Assembly (NCBI GenBank): GCA_964188305.1
Contig: OZ076885.1
Strand: one strand, 5' to 3'
DNA length: 64,000 nt
From: Podarcis bocagei
Lineage: Eukaryota
Positions 13,345 through 26,397 of the stretch are shown in pieces; position 1 is the stretch's first letter; every line of letters begins with the position of its first letter. The notes below the pieces were generated by a model. It saw only the letters and a list, made by a program, of their open reading frames with translations, had not been told where the DNA came from and made no database searches. The position numbers were made by a program, and so were the translations under genes.

Positions 13345-13586
13345 CAGTGGTACCTCGGGTTACATACGCTTCAGGTTACATACACTTCAGGTTACAGACT
13401 CCGCTAACCCAGAAATAGTACCTCGGGTTAAGAACTTTGCTTCAGGATGAGAACAGAAATTGTGCGGTGGTGGCGCAGTGGCAGCAGGAGGCCCCATTAG
13501 CTAAAGTGGTGCCTCAGGTTAAGAACAGTTTCAGGTTAAGAACGGACCTCCAGAACAAATTAAGTTCTTAACCTGAGGTGCCACTG
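13345..13586 (+). mobile_element. Tc1/mariner-type MITE, family A
   Basis: TIR cagtggtacctcgggtta / ...gaggtgccactg; TA target duplication; seven copies in the window. Confidence 0.9.
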
Positions 13587-13595
13587 TACTAAGCT

Positions 13596-14120
13596 CATAC
13601 CCCCCAAATGTCCTGTTTTAAGTGGGACACCCCATGATCACAGAAATCAATACTGGCCTTTATTCTTTGGTAGATTTACAAAAAGATAAACACGCACCAA
13701 TAAATAAATTTTAGAAAGGGGAAAGTTTTTTTAAAAAATAAGGACTCCTTGTGCTCTGCTCAGCTTCTTCCCGCCCAGGGTGTCCCTGCCCTCTGCCTGC
13801 CCCTCAGAGCTGGTGCACCACACGAGGCTGGGCCTCAGTGGTGGCAGCTTCCCCTCTTCCTTGCCTGCTCTCCAGCAGCCACTGTGAGCTGCCCAAGAGA
13901 GAAGGGTGGCAGCAGTGGCCCTTGAAAAGCCTTGGAGACACAATAGGACGCTTCCTTGCCGCTGTCACTCAGGACAAGTGCCGGCTCGTCCTCCTCCCTG
14001 AGCTCAGTGGCAGCAGCACTAGCAGGGCAAATAGGGACATTCCAGAATCAAATCAGAGGCCAGGATGGCTTTCATAATTCTGGGACTGTCCTTGGAAAAT
14101 CAGGACACTTGGAGGGAATG
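13596..14120. mobile_element. Non-autonomous DNA transposon (hAT-like)
   Basis: Imperfect TIR cataccccccaaatgtcctg / caggacacttggagggaatg; no clean TSD. Confidence 0.6.
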
Positions 14121-15478
14121 GGGTCATTGCTGAACTCTACATATCCTGATTTAGATTGGACTCTCTCTTTTCAGGCGGAGAATTCACAGAAGAATATTGG
14201 ACTTATTTGGAGAATTCCCCTCCAAGCTCAGAAATACCCAGATATTAAGAGTGAACCTGCTGAAAATAACAATGAGGAAAGTGTTGCCTCCTTCCGCCTA
14301 GAATCTTCCCCAGAAGCTATCCCTCCCTCTCCCTAGGAAGACTACTCCCATGCTTTTTGATATTGAGCTAAGTGATGCTGCCCATGCATTAATGGTGGTT
14401 CCTGGCAATGTAAAGGGACATTTTTTCTATAGCCATTTGGCCTCTGAAACAGACACACACACACATCTTACCATCTCAGTTCTTTATCATTTAGCAAAGT
14501 ACATTTTATCATAAAAGCACTGGAAGACAAACTCTGGGATGAAAAAGTACTCCCAGAGAGCAAATGATTCTTAACTTACTATTCTAGCTTCTGTTCAAGG
14601 CTCTTTTATATGAAGTCCATGTTTTGAATGAGGGAGTGCGGGGGAGCTTTTACATTGCTGCTTTATTGCTTTAAAACACACACACAACCCAATGACTTCT
14701 GCAGCTTGCATTTGTTTGGAGTCATCATACATATTCTAAATGCTAAAAAGGGAGAAAGAATAGCACGTCTGCGTGTGAATAAAGGGTGATTTATATCACG
14801 GAAAAGCAAGCAAGCAAAAGTTCCATTGTTGAATGAGTGCATACGCCAAGAGACAGATATTCAAATATAGAAACTTTAAAAAGTTTGAAGCATTCTGATT
14901 AAATGGAGGCCTTCATGAATAATGTAAATAGTGTAAGAAATCTTGAGGCAAGGCTTGATGAGAGGCTCTTAAAGGAGGACGATTACAATGTTGTTGATGC
15001 CTTTCTGTTGCTGTTGTTTTGAGCAAAGAAGAGCAGTTGGAGTGCTGGCAAGTGGAACTTGCTCCAGACACCACTGTCAGGGCTCATTTATTCTCTTTAA
15101 GAGGTGTTCATGCACTAAACATACCAATTCACAGTAAGCAGTTCCCTGGTGGAGATGTTGGAGAACCAGTCAAACATTTTGCACAAAAATAAGGGTTAAA
15201 GCAGTGAAATACCGGGCTTACTGGGACCTTTTGATGCTATAATCTTCAGGATAAATTAATTTTCTATTATGTATCAAATTACATACACATAATTTTGTTT
15301 CTATACCATATGTTGCTATACCCTGTGCTTCTTGGATTATTGATTGTATGGTATATTAGAAATCCTGGATTATTCTGTTTCCCTTTTTCTTTTATTTTGT
15401 TAAGCTAGGCTATGAATGTGCCTCAGGGTGGGCTCTCCCCTCCCTGTTTATTTTTATAGTCTCTTTCATAAAGCTGTA

Positions 15479-15693
15479 AAGTGGCACCTTGGGTTACAGA
15501 CGCTTCAGGTTACAAACTCTGCTGACCCAGAAATAGTACCTCGGGTTAAGAACTTTGCTTCAGGATGAAAACAGAAATCGAGCGGCAGCAGCGGGAGGCC
15601 CCATTAGCTAAAGTGGTACCTCAGGTTAAGAACAGTTTCAGGTTAAGAACGGCCCTCCAGAACAAATTAAGTTCTTAACCTGAGGTACCACTG
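15479..15693 (+). mobile_element. Tc1/mariner-type MITE, family A
   Basis: Same internal sequence and TIRs, TA-flanked. Confidence 0.88.
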
Positions 15694-17675
15694 TAATTGG
15701 TGTTTAGTTAAGTCAGAATTAGTTTATTCGCTTTTGGATTGGTTTTTTTGGAAAACATTATTGTCGATGGGAGACCCACCATGTCTTCTGTCGCCTATTA
15801 CATTTTAAATCTGAATGGGAATAAAATTTCAGGATTTTGTTCAGCACTCCACAAGGACATCATACCTGCCAACAAGGGTGCCAACTCTATGGGACCCTGG
15901 GCACCCACAACCTTTTTGCTGTGGGGGCCCATCCTCCACTTCCTGCCGCCGTGCGTGGCCACCATCACCTGCCCGCCCAACAATTTTTTGCTGCAGGCGC
16001 CCGGCCTCTGTCCCCTGTCATTGTGTGCGGCTGGCTGTGTGCCATTACTCTGCCCTACTTAGGCTAATCTTGGGACCCCCCTGGCTTTTTTCCTAACCAT
16101 GTTTATCATTCTGCAAAAAAAGTTCTGATACCTCCCTCTTGTGCACAGGTGGCAATATTTTTGCTGCATAAGGATCCACACATGGAAAGGATCCACACAT
16201 TTCAGGAAACTGCACCATATGCAGCTGACAGCTGGTGTGTATGTTACCATTGCAGAATCACAGAATTGTAGAGCTGGAAAGGACCACAAGGATCACCTTG
16301 GCCAATTCCTTGCAGTGCTGGAATCTTTGACCCAACCAAAAGGTGTTCCAATTAACCCCTATACATAATGTTATTTTATGATGTACAAACCTGTTAACAT
16401 TGCAAGTGCTTGTATTTAATGCTGTGGTAGCCTGAGCTTTAAACAAATGCCTGCATTGCCACAGCCAACTTGGTACTTCTGCTTGGCAGATGATACAGAG
16501 CTGCCCAACAAGTTTCCTCCTGCGTTACTTACTGGCCCTTACAAATATCAGCTCTGTCTTGTTCCCAGCAGAGACAATAATCATGCTAAAGTCTGCTGCT
16601 GCTCTGTAGTCCATCCGGCCCCAAATTTGGTGTAAGGGTATGCATTATGCTCTAATCAGGCCTGATTTAAAGTGTCTGGGAGCAAAATCCCGATCACATG
16701 ACCTAATAACACATGTATGGAATGAAGTTGTAATCAGTGGGCTTTTGTTCCTGTTATTGGTTTCAGATCAATACAAGTTTTCTTGAATAGCATGTAGCTT
16801 GAACTGCATATGCTGAAATTACTTCATAATCTTTATTCATTGCTATTGTCATCAGAAAACCCTACAAAGTTAATAAATATTTTTGCTCTTTTATGTATTA
16901 GGCATTGAGGTCACCAGCATGTTCTGGGCTCAGCTGGCTTTTAAACTAATGTCTCAGCTTCCGAGCTAACCATGCAGTGAAAGATCATGCACACAGACAT
17001 TTTTGAATTTTTTCCCCTTATTGCAGATTAAACTGATGCAACAGGGAGATCTGTACACAGAAAGAGGCATTTATATGTTCTGTTAATAGGAGTACAGATG
17101 TACATATGGATTCCAGGTGTGTAGCTAATGTGGGTACAGATCTGTAGCACTCATCTGAACCCATTGAAAAGGATGGATGCTCCCTTTGATGTAAATGGGA
17201 TTTTACACTGCTTTCTGAGGACACAAGCTGGATGTAACTAGGGTAACTAGAGTTATAATGCAGTTGAGGAAACTGGGGGTTTTGTACAGGGGGTGGTGTT
17301 TGGTTCCACACATTTGCATGAAGTGCAGAGTTGGGCCCTTGAGGAACACATGGCTAGAAGCGCTCTTTCCAGACACAAAAGTTATTTTAATTTGTTCAGA
17401 TTTGTACAGTGCATTCAAGTGAATTGACACAATTGCAAATATAGCTTGTTAATTACACACTTGAAGATGTTATAGCAGTGTGTATATATATCAGATGTTT
17501 CCTCCAAATAATTAATTTTTTATATTAAATATAGTCAAGGGACTTACCATGTTTATGCAGAAGGGAGAGACTGAAAAATCTTGATGGAATAACTTCATAA
17601 AAAGTGATTGCTTGATAGTATCTTTTGCTCCCTAAAACATCCAAAACGAACATTAGAAGCTGTTCTTTTACATTT

Positions 17676-17694
17676 CCTCCAGCAGGTGGAGCTG
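17676..17694 (+). promoter_or_regulatory. Candidate CTCF motif
   Basis: cctCCAGCAGGTGGAGCTG is close to the core consensus CCASYAGRKGGCRS. Confidence 0.4.
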
Positions 17695-18255
17695 CAGCAG
17701 TTGTCAATAGTTGAGAATAACTGGCCTTTGCAATTTGTATTTATGTACAGTATAGTAATTTTAGCCTCCAGGTAAAAAATTCTTTTTAAAAAGAGGACAC
17801 AGGTCCAAAATGCTAAAATTAAGGCAAAAATCTCTTAAAGTATAGCATATATAGCAGAGTATAGCATATATTTAAATAAAAGTGGTTTGGGCTACAACCC
17901 TATGCACACTTATCTAGAAGTAAGCCATATTACAGCTGTGTAGTTCTACACAGAATTGCGCTTCAGATTTTCAAAGAAGACCCAACTGTGCCTTATTGCT
18001 TTAGCCTGATATTTAGGTGTTTGGCATCTCTTTAGTTACTTTTATATGGATTTAGGAGAATGTCAGTCAAAAAGACCTAAAAGGATTGGCAATCTCAAAT
18101 ACGGAAATGAAGCAGAGTGATCCAGTGCTTCTGCTTATTATGGCATCTTCCCTTTTTCTGGGGAAAAACAGAAAAATGAGAATATTTCATTAAAAAAAAA
18201 ACCCGCTGCAATTTGCTTTCAATATGCAGTGTGGTTGGTAGCCTACATGCTAGAG

Positions 18256-18391
18256 CAGTGGTGGCCAAACTTGGCCTTCCAGCTGTTTTGGGACTACAAC
18301 TCCCTTCATCCCTATCTAACAGGACTAGTGGCCAGGGATTATGGGAACTGTATTCCCAAAACAGCTGGAGGGCTAAGTTTCGCCACCACTG
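18256..18391. mobile_element. hAT (Charlie-type) MITE
   Basis: TIR cagtggtggc / gccaccactg; perfect 8-bp TSD tgctagag. Decayed relatives lie near 1973-2101, 4290-4415, 19550-19650, 29150-29285 and 38693-38805. Confidence 0.9.
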
Positions 18392-18458
18392 TGCTAGAGG
18401 ATTATGAGCCCAAGAAATCACATAGATATATTCTTACTTAAGAAGATGCAGCCATGCT

Positions 18459-18797
18459 AAAGGTAAAGGTAAAGGGACCCCTGACCGTTAGGTCCAGTTG
18501 CAGACAACTCTGGGGTTGCGGCGCTCATCTCGCTTTACTGGCCGAGGGAGCCAGCGTATAGCTTCCAGGTCATGTGGCCAGCATGACTAAGCCTCTTCTG
18601 GCAAACCAGAGCAGTGCATGGAAATGCCGTTTACCTTCCCGCCAGAGCGGTACCTATTTATCTACTTGCACTTTGTGCTTTTGAACTGCTAGGTTGGCAG
18701 GAGCAGGGACCGAGCAACAGGAGCTCACCCCGTCATGGGGATTTGAACCGCTGGCCTTCTGATCGGCAAGCCCTAGGCTTTGTGGTTTAACCCACAG
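18459..18797 (-). mobile_element. Sauria-type SINE, minus strand
   Basis: Reverse complement of 4688-5040, with aaaggtaaaggtaaaggg tail at the left end. Confidence 0.9.
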
Positions 18798-20757
18798 CCA
18801 CTGCTGTTCCTCAGTGACTGGTATTCAGAGATGCAGTTCCTGGATGCGGTATATAACCATCTTGGCTAGCAGACATCTGCTGCTACCAACTCCTCCTCCC
18901 ACACAGTCCTTTGATACCTATGACTGCTGTTTGTTCTCCCTCCTTCTTCAAATTCTCCATTCCTTCATATTTTCCAGCTGTCTTCCTATGGCCTTCATCA
19001 CTGCTGCTACTTTTTAAAGATTCCCAGTGCACACAGTCCTTGCTTCTCAATCCATCTCTCCAATGAGCGTACCTTCCTATCGGTACTTAGCATGGTGTAT
19101 GGTTCTGAAGGATCTTCATGGGTTGCTCTTTGCCTTCTTCTCACAGGTCTGGCTTGCGCCTTTGCAGCAGTGCTAAGAACTTTGTGTTAAACACTGCAAG
19201 GTGCGCTTTCAGCAAAAACAGATCATGGTTCCTAAGCTCGGGACATGGCACATAAAATTAAATCTAAGAAATCAGGGTTTTGTTGGGGGGGAATATCCAT
19301 TCATGACAAATACAAACCCACACCAATCCAAGGTCAGTCTGTTCACAAGCTGATGAAAGAGGATAAAAACATGATTTCTGAAAGGTAGAAAGTAGAAGGC
19401 AGTGCAGTTGTTGGAGGGCAGAAGAGCAAGGAGGGAAGAGATGTCCTAAGGAGGGAGAGAGGGGAGAAAGTCCATTGCGCAAGTTCAAGGAAAACAGAAG
19501 GAAGGATAATCAGCGGTAAGCTATCTGCATGTTGCCCTGTTTGTGAGACTCCAGCCTTTGCCAACCTGTGACTTACAGATGGCCCTGCTGGCTGTGTCTG
19601 ATGGGGACTGTAGTCCAAAACATCTTGAGGACACTAGGTTGGTGAAGGCCGCTCCAGAGCATCTGCCCTGTCTCTATTGAAAACAGAAATGCTGAATGAG
19701 ATGAGTCTTGAGTCTCAGCCAGTGATTACTTTACTTTATGAAGTAAGGATTACAAAAGTAAAACGAAAGGTACAGATCCAAAGGAGTGTTTCATTTTTCT
19801 TGTATATTACTCACTCTGTCTGGAAATGTCCCCATACTGTTATTACTCCTCCAGCCTCCATCCATCCCATCCCATCCCACTTTGTCTCTTGTCATTTTTT
19901 TAAAACTCCAATCCTGGCCCATTGGTGGATTTTCCAGTAGCACTTTTTCTGATGCCTGTCAGGGCTCTCCAGTGTCAAGTATGATTTTGTCTTGCTGCTT
20001 TTGATGATAAATCTCTTATGATCTAATGTTTTTTTCTTGCACTTCCTCATTTTTTGGACATTGAAACAGTACATGTCTCTCTCTTTCAATCTCTTCTCTG
20101 TCATGTTGCTTATACATATTTTCCCTTCCCGCGATTTGCTCGCTCTGACTTCTGCCATGAATTTATGATCACCAGTATTATCTGTGGTAGGGCCCTGTTT
20201 TAGTTTTGCACATTTAACAAAGTATCTATGTGCACATACTTTGCAACATACTACCCGCTGTCTTGTGGGACATCTTCAGGAGAAGAAAAGGCTAAGGAGT
20301 AAACAAATCTGGAGTGGCGTCCCTAAGATGGTTGGACGGTGCCTTCTACACCTCCTTCCAGCAACTCCTGCAGCCAAGCTAGTGTTAAATGTTTTCCTCT
20401 GCTTTCCTTTGGACCACATCAGCGAGGCCAAAAGGGGGGGTCTTGTCATCTGGACAGCCCAGGACCTCCATACACACTGTCCAGGCTTGCATCTCAAGGA
20501 GATCACTTTGGTACTGCCAATGCAGCACTTTGACTTCACCCCTGGAGGCTTACTCCATTGCCTCTTGAGACAGATGGACGCCAACAAAAAATGTGCCTAT
20601 GCAGTCTGGAATCTTTGCACTGATCTCTAGGCTGGGAGCTGGGAATGGGTGCCCTTGTCTTGGGGCACTAGGTAGGCTACTAGTGGGTAGTTTTGGTTTC
20701 TCCAGCTGTATGGTTGTATTTTCTATTTTCTATTTTCCTCAGAGTAAAAATAAGATA

Positions 20758-20976
20758 CAGCGGTACCTCTACTTACGGATGCGATCCGTTCTGGGGTGCC
20801 GTTCACACGCCGAAAAGTCCATAAGTGGAGCGTCACTTCTGCGCGTGCGCGTGACACGACAGAACACTTCTGTGCCTGCGCGAAGTGGCAAACCTGGAAG
20901 TAAACACTTCCGGGTTTGCCATATTCGTAACCTGAAAAAATGCAACGGGAAGCAAACGCAACTCGAGGTATGACTG
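20758..20976. mobile_element. Tc1/mariner-type MITE, related family with CpG-rich interior
   Basis: ta|cagcggtacctc ... gaggtatgactg|ta. Confidence 0.75.
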
Positions 20977-21088
20977 TAATACAATCATGACAAGCATGAA
21001 CTGCATGCTGACATTGAGTCTTAAACCCCTGCCCAGTTTAGAAAACTAGAAATGGGGAAAATTGGCATATATATATATAACATATTCT

Positions 21089-21464
21089 CTCTCTCTCTCA
21101 TTATTAAGTTTTTCTATTTTACATTTTAGAATATTCTTTTAAACAACCTTAAAATATCAATGACTTCCCTTCTTCTCCTTCCATGTTTCATTTTACATAA
21201 AATAAATCCCTGCATATTTTACATGAACTAAACCATTCAGTATTCCATTATTACATCCATCAAAACTTATTTACACTGTCGAATTTATCTTAATGCTGCC
21301 AACGTTTTCAAATGTACATAATTTCCACCCATATAGTCAATAAACACTTTCCAATCTTCTTTAAACGTATCTTCTTCTTGTTCTCTTCTTCTATATGTTA
21401 AGTTCCAACTAAAGACGAATGGCAACCTAAGCTGATGGAATATGCGCAGCTCGCAGACTTTAAA
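21089..21464 (-). mobile_element. L1-clade LINE 3' fragment with 5' inversion
   Basis: Minus strand encodes ...YRRREQEEDTFKEDWKVFIDYM...* plus 3' UTR; plus strand 21402-21462 encodes the preceding VPTKDEWQPKLMEYAQLAD; 16-bp TSD with 1 mismatch. Confidence 0.8.
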
Positions 21465-21904
21465 ATATATCACATATTCTTGATGGCGCTGCAAAGTAGG
21501 GTGGAGTTTAGATCAGTTTGTGCACCAGCAGGGGCGGTGTGTCCTATTTCATCGCTCAAGTTGAAATGGGAAGTGCTGCCCTGTCACTGCCACTGCCACC
21601 ATACCTGCCACTGCTGCCTTGTCCTGTGCTTTCTAGGCATGGGTTTGAGTGGTTTTGCATTTGCCCCACAGCTTCCCCCCGGAAAATGTGCTATTTACAG
21701 CTGAATCAGAGCACATGGGCACCCACAGAAAACCTGATTGCCGTTTGGTCCAATTTCAGCGGTAAACTGCAGGTTTCCCTGGGGGGGAAGTGGCAGGGCA
21801 AATGGAGGTGTGGATGGGCACTGTGAGACAAAGCAGGCATATTGTTGTTTTTAACGTGGCAGAAAGTTCCTAAGTGGTGGGTGATGGATGCTTCTGATAA
21901 TATA

Positions 21905-22073
21905 CCGTATTTTTCGCTCTATAACACGCACCCGACCATAACACGCACGTAGTTTTTAGAGGAGGAAAATCTGTAGGCATGCCACCCGTAGGCATTCCCT
22001 CCATAACACGCACAGACATTTCCCCTTACTTTTTAGGAGGAAAAAAGTGAGTGTTATGGTGCAAAAAATACGG
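21905..22073. mobile_element. Tc2/pogo-like MITE
   Basis: TIR ccgtattttt / aaaaatacgg; TA duplication. Confidence 0.8.
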
Positions 22074-25000
22074 TACCTTTCAAACCTTCAACTCCAAAAT
22101 GCAGGACTACATGAAATGAAATTGGAAGGAGAATTAAAATGGAAGGCAGGGTGCAACACTGAGACTGAGGAGGAGGAAGAGGAGGAAGAGGAGAGGCTGT
22201 GCCGCTCCCTGGACCAGTTGCAAGTGAGAAAGGAGGCAGGTGGGGGCTGGCTGAAGGCAGACTGAAGTGGCTAGGGCAGTGCTCCATTTTAATAAAGTAA
22301 CAACAACGAGAGGGGGGGGATGTTTAACTATTCTCCACAGAACTGCTTCTCTGATCTAAATCCCTCCTCCTGAGGCTGCTATCAGCTTCTGTGCCTGATT
22401 TTATTTATTTATTATTATTATTGCTGTGGACACCTACAGAGATAAGTTAGATCAGAGAAATGGCACAAAGGGAAAAGGTGAAACAATCCTTTCCCCAGTG
22501 CCAGTACCCCAATCAATAATGCTCCCCCACCCCCTCAAAGGTAGCCACTTTTAAATAAAATGAAACATGTCTTACTGCTCACAAATATTAAGGACTTTCC
22601 CGTTTAAGGAAAGGGGGAACGGGTCCTCTGAAAAAAAAGAAAACCATTTCATATTTCGGATTCAAGGCTTTTCTCTTACTTACCAACATCTTTGACCTTC
22701 TTGAGGGAGGGGAGACCTAAATTCACTGAGGTAGATTTACACTGTCCTACCTTTTGACTGCATTGTTGAACATCCTCACCTGCACGAGAAAAATGACAAG
22801 CAAAATCTCCTTATTGTTCTTGAAATAGCTCTGTACATACATCAGGAAAGAAAAGCATCTGCAAAGCTGAACCTTTTACATTTCACATTATTTAAATTTG
22901 CAGGGCTGTTTAATGCTCACCACACTCTCAATCCTTAAAGTGTAAGCAATTTTCTTTCAGTAGGCTTCCTTCCCCCAACCCCCATCTTATTTTTAACAAG
23001 GAAAACTGCCCCTCCAAATAGAAAGGCTGCTTGTTATTTTGAGGCAGTGAGGCAAAACATGCAACATGAAGACTACATTTGGCTTGCCGAGCAGATGTCT
23101 ACAGATCACTTGATGTTAATTTCAACATAAAAGCTATTATATTCCTGGCCTTGCCCTATTAGTTGTTAAATAATTATTTATGGTTGGCGCATGAAATCTT
23201 AGGATCTTAAAGAAGGCCCATCAACACTGCTAAGCTAACTGTGTTTGACATAAAGAGTTTTCTGTCACAAATCGGCCTCAGTGTAATGTTTATTTCATAT
23301 ACAATTCCATTTTGCAAACTAAAAAGTAATTTGGCACTTAGATTTTCAGAAAACCTGTGCTTAATGTGACCACTAACACTACCTCAGTGGTAAGGCATTA
23401 GACGGTCTAGTTCACTGACATTTACAAAAGTGTACTATAGGTATCCAATTACTCAGTATATCATCATAATCTTCGTCTCACTTCACAGCTCTGTTGTTTG
23501 CTAATATGTTTTAAGTTTAGCTTTTGTGGTCTTGGTTAACTCTACGTGGGATTTAATCAAGTCTGGTTGGCTGATACAACACAACAATAACTAGAAATTG
23601 CTGACTGATAATTTACAGATTCAACTATCAGGTTGTGTGTGCGTACGCAGATACAGAAATGGAGGCATTTAATACAGTGACTTCCGTCACCATCTGCTTA
23701 ACTGAATTAAACGCCAATCTTATACAAAACTTAGCAAACTTGAATGTGTGCTAACAAGAGTTAAATGTACAAGGCATTGTATGAACATTCTCGAAACAAA
23801 TCTCTGGCTTTTCATATGCTGCTGTCGGAAGCCCTTTTGATGATTTGCCTCATCTCACGAGCATGCCCTTTTTTTTGTCTAATTGAAGTTTTGCATCTCT
23901 AACAGTCAAGCTAGAATTTTAGAAAGTTGCAAGGACAAAGATTCTGAATGTGGCATTAGACACAATTCAGTTGAGCTGCCTACTTCAATTGCGCTTGTCT
24001 CTTAGGAGAAGCACTGTCTCTCCATTAAAATAGACATTATGGCTGTGTTTTTAGAGGGCTTCCCCACCCCCTTGTTTATTATTTGTTTGCAATGTCCACT
24101 CAAATAAAATGTAGAAACCCAAAATAAGGGAGTCAATGAATTCAAGTGCGGAATTTACACTTTAGTGTATTCTTGGCTTCCAGTCCCAAACTACCAATCC
24201 AGGGTTGCTAGGCCGAGAATCTGTGCAGGAATTATTATACTGACGCAGACAATTGAGCCTTAGTTAGAATAACAATTGGGAGACAAAAAAGCCCCTGCAA
24301 GAACTCTGTGAGATAGGTCATTATTATTTCTAGTTTCGAAATGGGGAATGGAGGCTGACCGAAAATGACTTGCCCAATCAATGGCGGAGTTACGATTGGA
24401 GCCCAGGTCATCAGCAGATCAAATTTAAAGCAAAACCAGAGGTTTATGCTTCTTTCTTCAGTTTTCTAGTTTGCAAGCACAAATAGCTGAGTGCAGCCAA
24501 GGTCTCGATGGGTCCCAAAGACAATTCCCTCCCGCGTTTTCTGACTCCCCGTCTTGAAAGCCCCCTTCCTTGTTGGGTGCTGTGAATTTCACCCTTGGTC
24601 TGAGCATTTGAGTAGGTTGGAGGGGCCTGGAGAGGGTTTAATGTCTGCTTTCATGAGGGAAAGGCTGAGACCAAGGAAAAGATTTTGTCATATGATTGGT
24701 TTTACAATTATTATTAATGACAGAACCATTTCTCTCTGCAGGTGTCTGCTGTCTGTGATAAATGCAACGTTTCCTTGAACATTATGGCATAAAATAAACT
24801 AGCGGAGGGAAGCAACCACCCAGGCAGAAACGGCAAGAAGGAGGCAAAGTAGCAAAACTCATTTACATCCATCTTTATTTATCAAACTTAGCAGCTTTTT
24901 GACACGCTTCAACTGGAGGTAATTTTAAAGATCTCTGGTAAAGTATGTCTCTTTTGCTAAATGTTGCATGCAATTAAACTTTTGGGAGGTTAGTGATGGG

Positions 25001-25894
25001 CTGGCAAGCTCCTCCCTGTTCGTCTTGTCAATGAAAATGACCCAAAAAGTCGTGTAGAGACTAGGCAACCTCACATAGCACCAAGTACAAAGACTTGCCT
25101 TCAGTTCCGTTCCAATCAATGTAATGTGGAAACTAAATGAACTACACACCCATAAATGCCATCAGGTCCTTATCCTTCCAGAAGCTTCAGCCTTGGTTCT
25201 GAAACCTGAGCTCCTAACTTGCATTCTGGTCCAGGCCTGTATTTTACTATAAAATGCTGCACTGGTGAGCTACCGAACCCACTGGTGCTAATACTATTAT
25301 TATTTATTACACTTATTACACTTAAAAGATCTCCAAGTGACTTACATTTAAAACCATGGAGAAATTTTCATAGAAAACAATAACATTTCCATGCAACATT
25401 CAGAACACAGCCCTCACTCCCAAAACAGTCATAGGAAGCTTTGGCAGCACATTAACAAAACAACAGATTCTGCTTACTCCATCAAAGGCCTGAGGGAGAA
25501 AGGCAAGTCTCTATGAGGCGGCAAAAAAGATGTCAGCAAAGGGGCATGATGGACCTTTGCACACCCTGGGATACAAAGCTCTAAACAGATTGAGACCAAA
25601 GTGCTTAAAAGAGGGCTTCTCCCAATATCAGCCATTTTGACTTTGTGATCAGCAGGGGAGGCCATGTTGGTGCTGCTGCCACTGGATGCTTTCTGATTGG
25701 TACTGATATGTGATAGGGCCTTCTGGGTGGTGAGATGTGTGTATGTCCCTCAGAACATCAACATTTGAGTAGAATTTAGAAACATTCTGGTTCATCCAGG
25801 CGTTTGTTGGTTAAAAGATACGGGTCCTGGCAACCTTGAAATTATTAGCTGTGATTGTATGTAGCTGTTTTTAGAGGTGCTTAATGTTTTAGGT

Positions 25895-26397
25895 CAGAGG
25901 TTTTCAACCTTTTTGAGTCCATGGCTCCCTTGACTAACTACATTCTTTCTGCAAAACCCCTGTGGGGCTCAGGAGCCCAGTCATGTCACCCCTTGCCTGC
26001 AGAGCTGGCAGCCTCTCACCCTTTCCCAAACACCCTCCCTTGTGGAGTGTTCCCTCAGCCTTCTCTCCTTTCACGTCTCCTTGGGAGTCCTCTGGGCAGC
26101 CGCAGCTGCCACCCCTGGTCTCTGAGCTGTCCCCCCTGCCCCAAAGAGAGGTGCCTCCTCACGCTGCCCCACAGGAGCCTGGGAAGCACCCCCTGGCCAG
26201 CCCCAGAGGCACCATTGCCTGGGGAGCTAATAGCCAGGGCCGCTGCAACAAACAGCTGTGCAAGCCTTTGGGAGGCAGAGATGCAAGAGGGCATCAGAGG
26301 AGATGGGGGGGAGAGGGACAGAGGCCAGTGTTGCCCGCGGCAACCCTATCATTCAAGGTACCCCAGGGTGCCACGGCACACTAGTTGAAAGCCACTG
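25895..26397. mobile_element. hAT (Charlie-type) non-autonomous element
   Basis: TIR cagaggttttcaac / gttgaaagccactg; 8-bp TSD ttttaggt / ttttatgt. Confidence 0.8.

Noticed and set aside
13345-13586. CRISPR-like repeated ttcaggtta units
   Set aside because: Internal subrepeats of a eukaryotic MITE with no repeat-spacer structure
25921-26388. 155-aa and 140-aa Pro-rich ORFs
   Set aside because: They lie inside a GC-rich non-autonomous hAT element and show no transposase motifs
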